A DNA stretch of 63,449 nucleotides from a virus (lineage: Duplodnaviria > Caudoviricetes): IMG/VR virus record IMGVR_UViG_3300024279_000009, positions 1-63,449 of that record; one strand, 5' to 3'. Positions 63,264 through 63,449 of the stretch are shown here, piece by piece (the first letter of the stretch is position 1; each line of letters opens with the position of its first letter). The notes below the pieces were generated by a model that worked only from the letters and a program-made list of their open reading frames with translations, searched no databases and was not told the DNA's origin. The position numbers and the translations under genes were made by a program.

Positions 63264-63449
63264 AACTCCTATGGGGAGAAGAACCGCAACTGAAAGTTGC
63301 GGCCGGCGACGGCTACGGCTCCGGCTACGGCTCCGGCGACGGCTACGGCTACGGCGACGGCGACGGCTACGGCTACGGCTACGGCTACGGCTCCGGCGAC
63401 GGCTACGGCTACGGCGACGGCGACGGCTACGGCTACGGCTACGGCTCCG
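63260..63449 (+). CDS. 5' part of Gly-Tyr/Asp/Ser repeat protein (continues at position 1)
   Basis: ATG at 63260 overlaps the upstream TGA (ATGA). Reads MKLLWGEEPQLKVAAGDGYGSGYG... with no stop before the window end. The final G plus the initial AC gives an in-frame GAC. Confidence 0.8.
   Translation, partial: MKLLWGEEPQLKVAAGDGYGSGYGSGDGYGYGDGDGYGYGYGYGSGDGYGYGDGDGYGYGYGS

Noticed and set aside
1-63449. Stop-codon reassignment
   Set aside because: Long core genes are intact in the standard code, and TAA, TAG and TGA all terminate genes.

Overview
The window looks like one complete, circularly permuted genome (63.4 kb) of a tailed dsDNA phage with podovirus-type gene order. The last and first bases join in frame inside a Gly-Tyr/Asp/Ser repeat gene. 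Modules in order: recombination/helicase genes (0.8-6.4 kb), lysis (8.3-11.4 kb), a minus-strand array of small early-type genes with shared repeats plus a clamp-loader-like ATPase (11.5-14.5 kb), a strand-skewed non-coding switch region (14.5-15.8 kb), the virion operon (fibre, terminase, portal, scaffold, capsid, adaptor, nozzle, ejection proteins; 16-46 kb), a minus-strand glycosyl-/methyltransferase operon led by an RRM protein (46.8-53.5 kb), DNA methyltransferases, a replication initiator and small genes (53.5-63.4 kb). I found no integrase, DNA polymerase, reverse transcriptase, tRNA or CRISPR array. The host is probably a diderm; Acidobacteriota-like is only a guess. The most notable signals are: (i) fibre-like structural genes carrying Sec signal peptides, mostly cleaved before Gln, which suggests exported virion fibres; (ii) the RRM-led glycosylation operon; (iii) two unannotated structured RNA candidates and a pseudoknot over the rep start codon; (iv) a repeat-bounded gene-cassette array; (v) widespread leaderless promoters, including two divergent promoters sharing one palindromic -35; (vi) a probable CTG start for the large terminase. 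All product calls come from motif recognition and gene order, not database searches.
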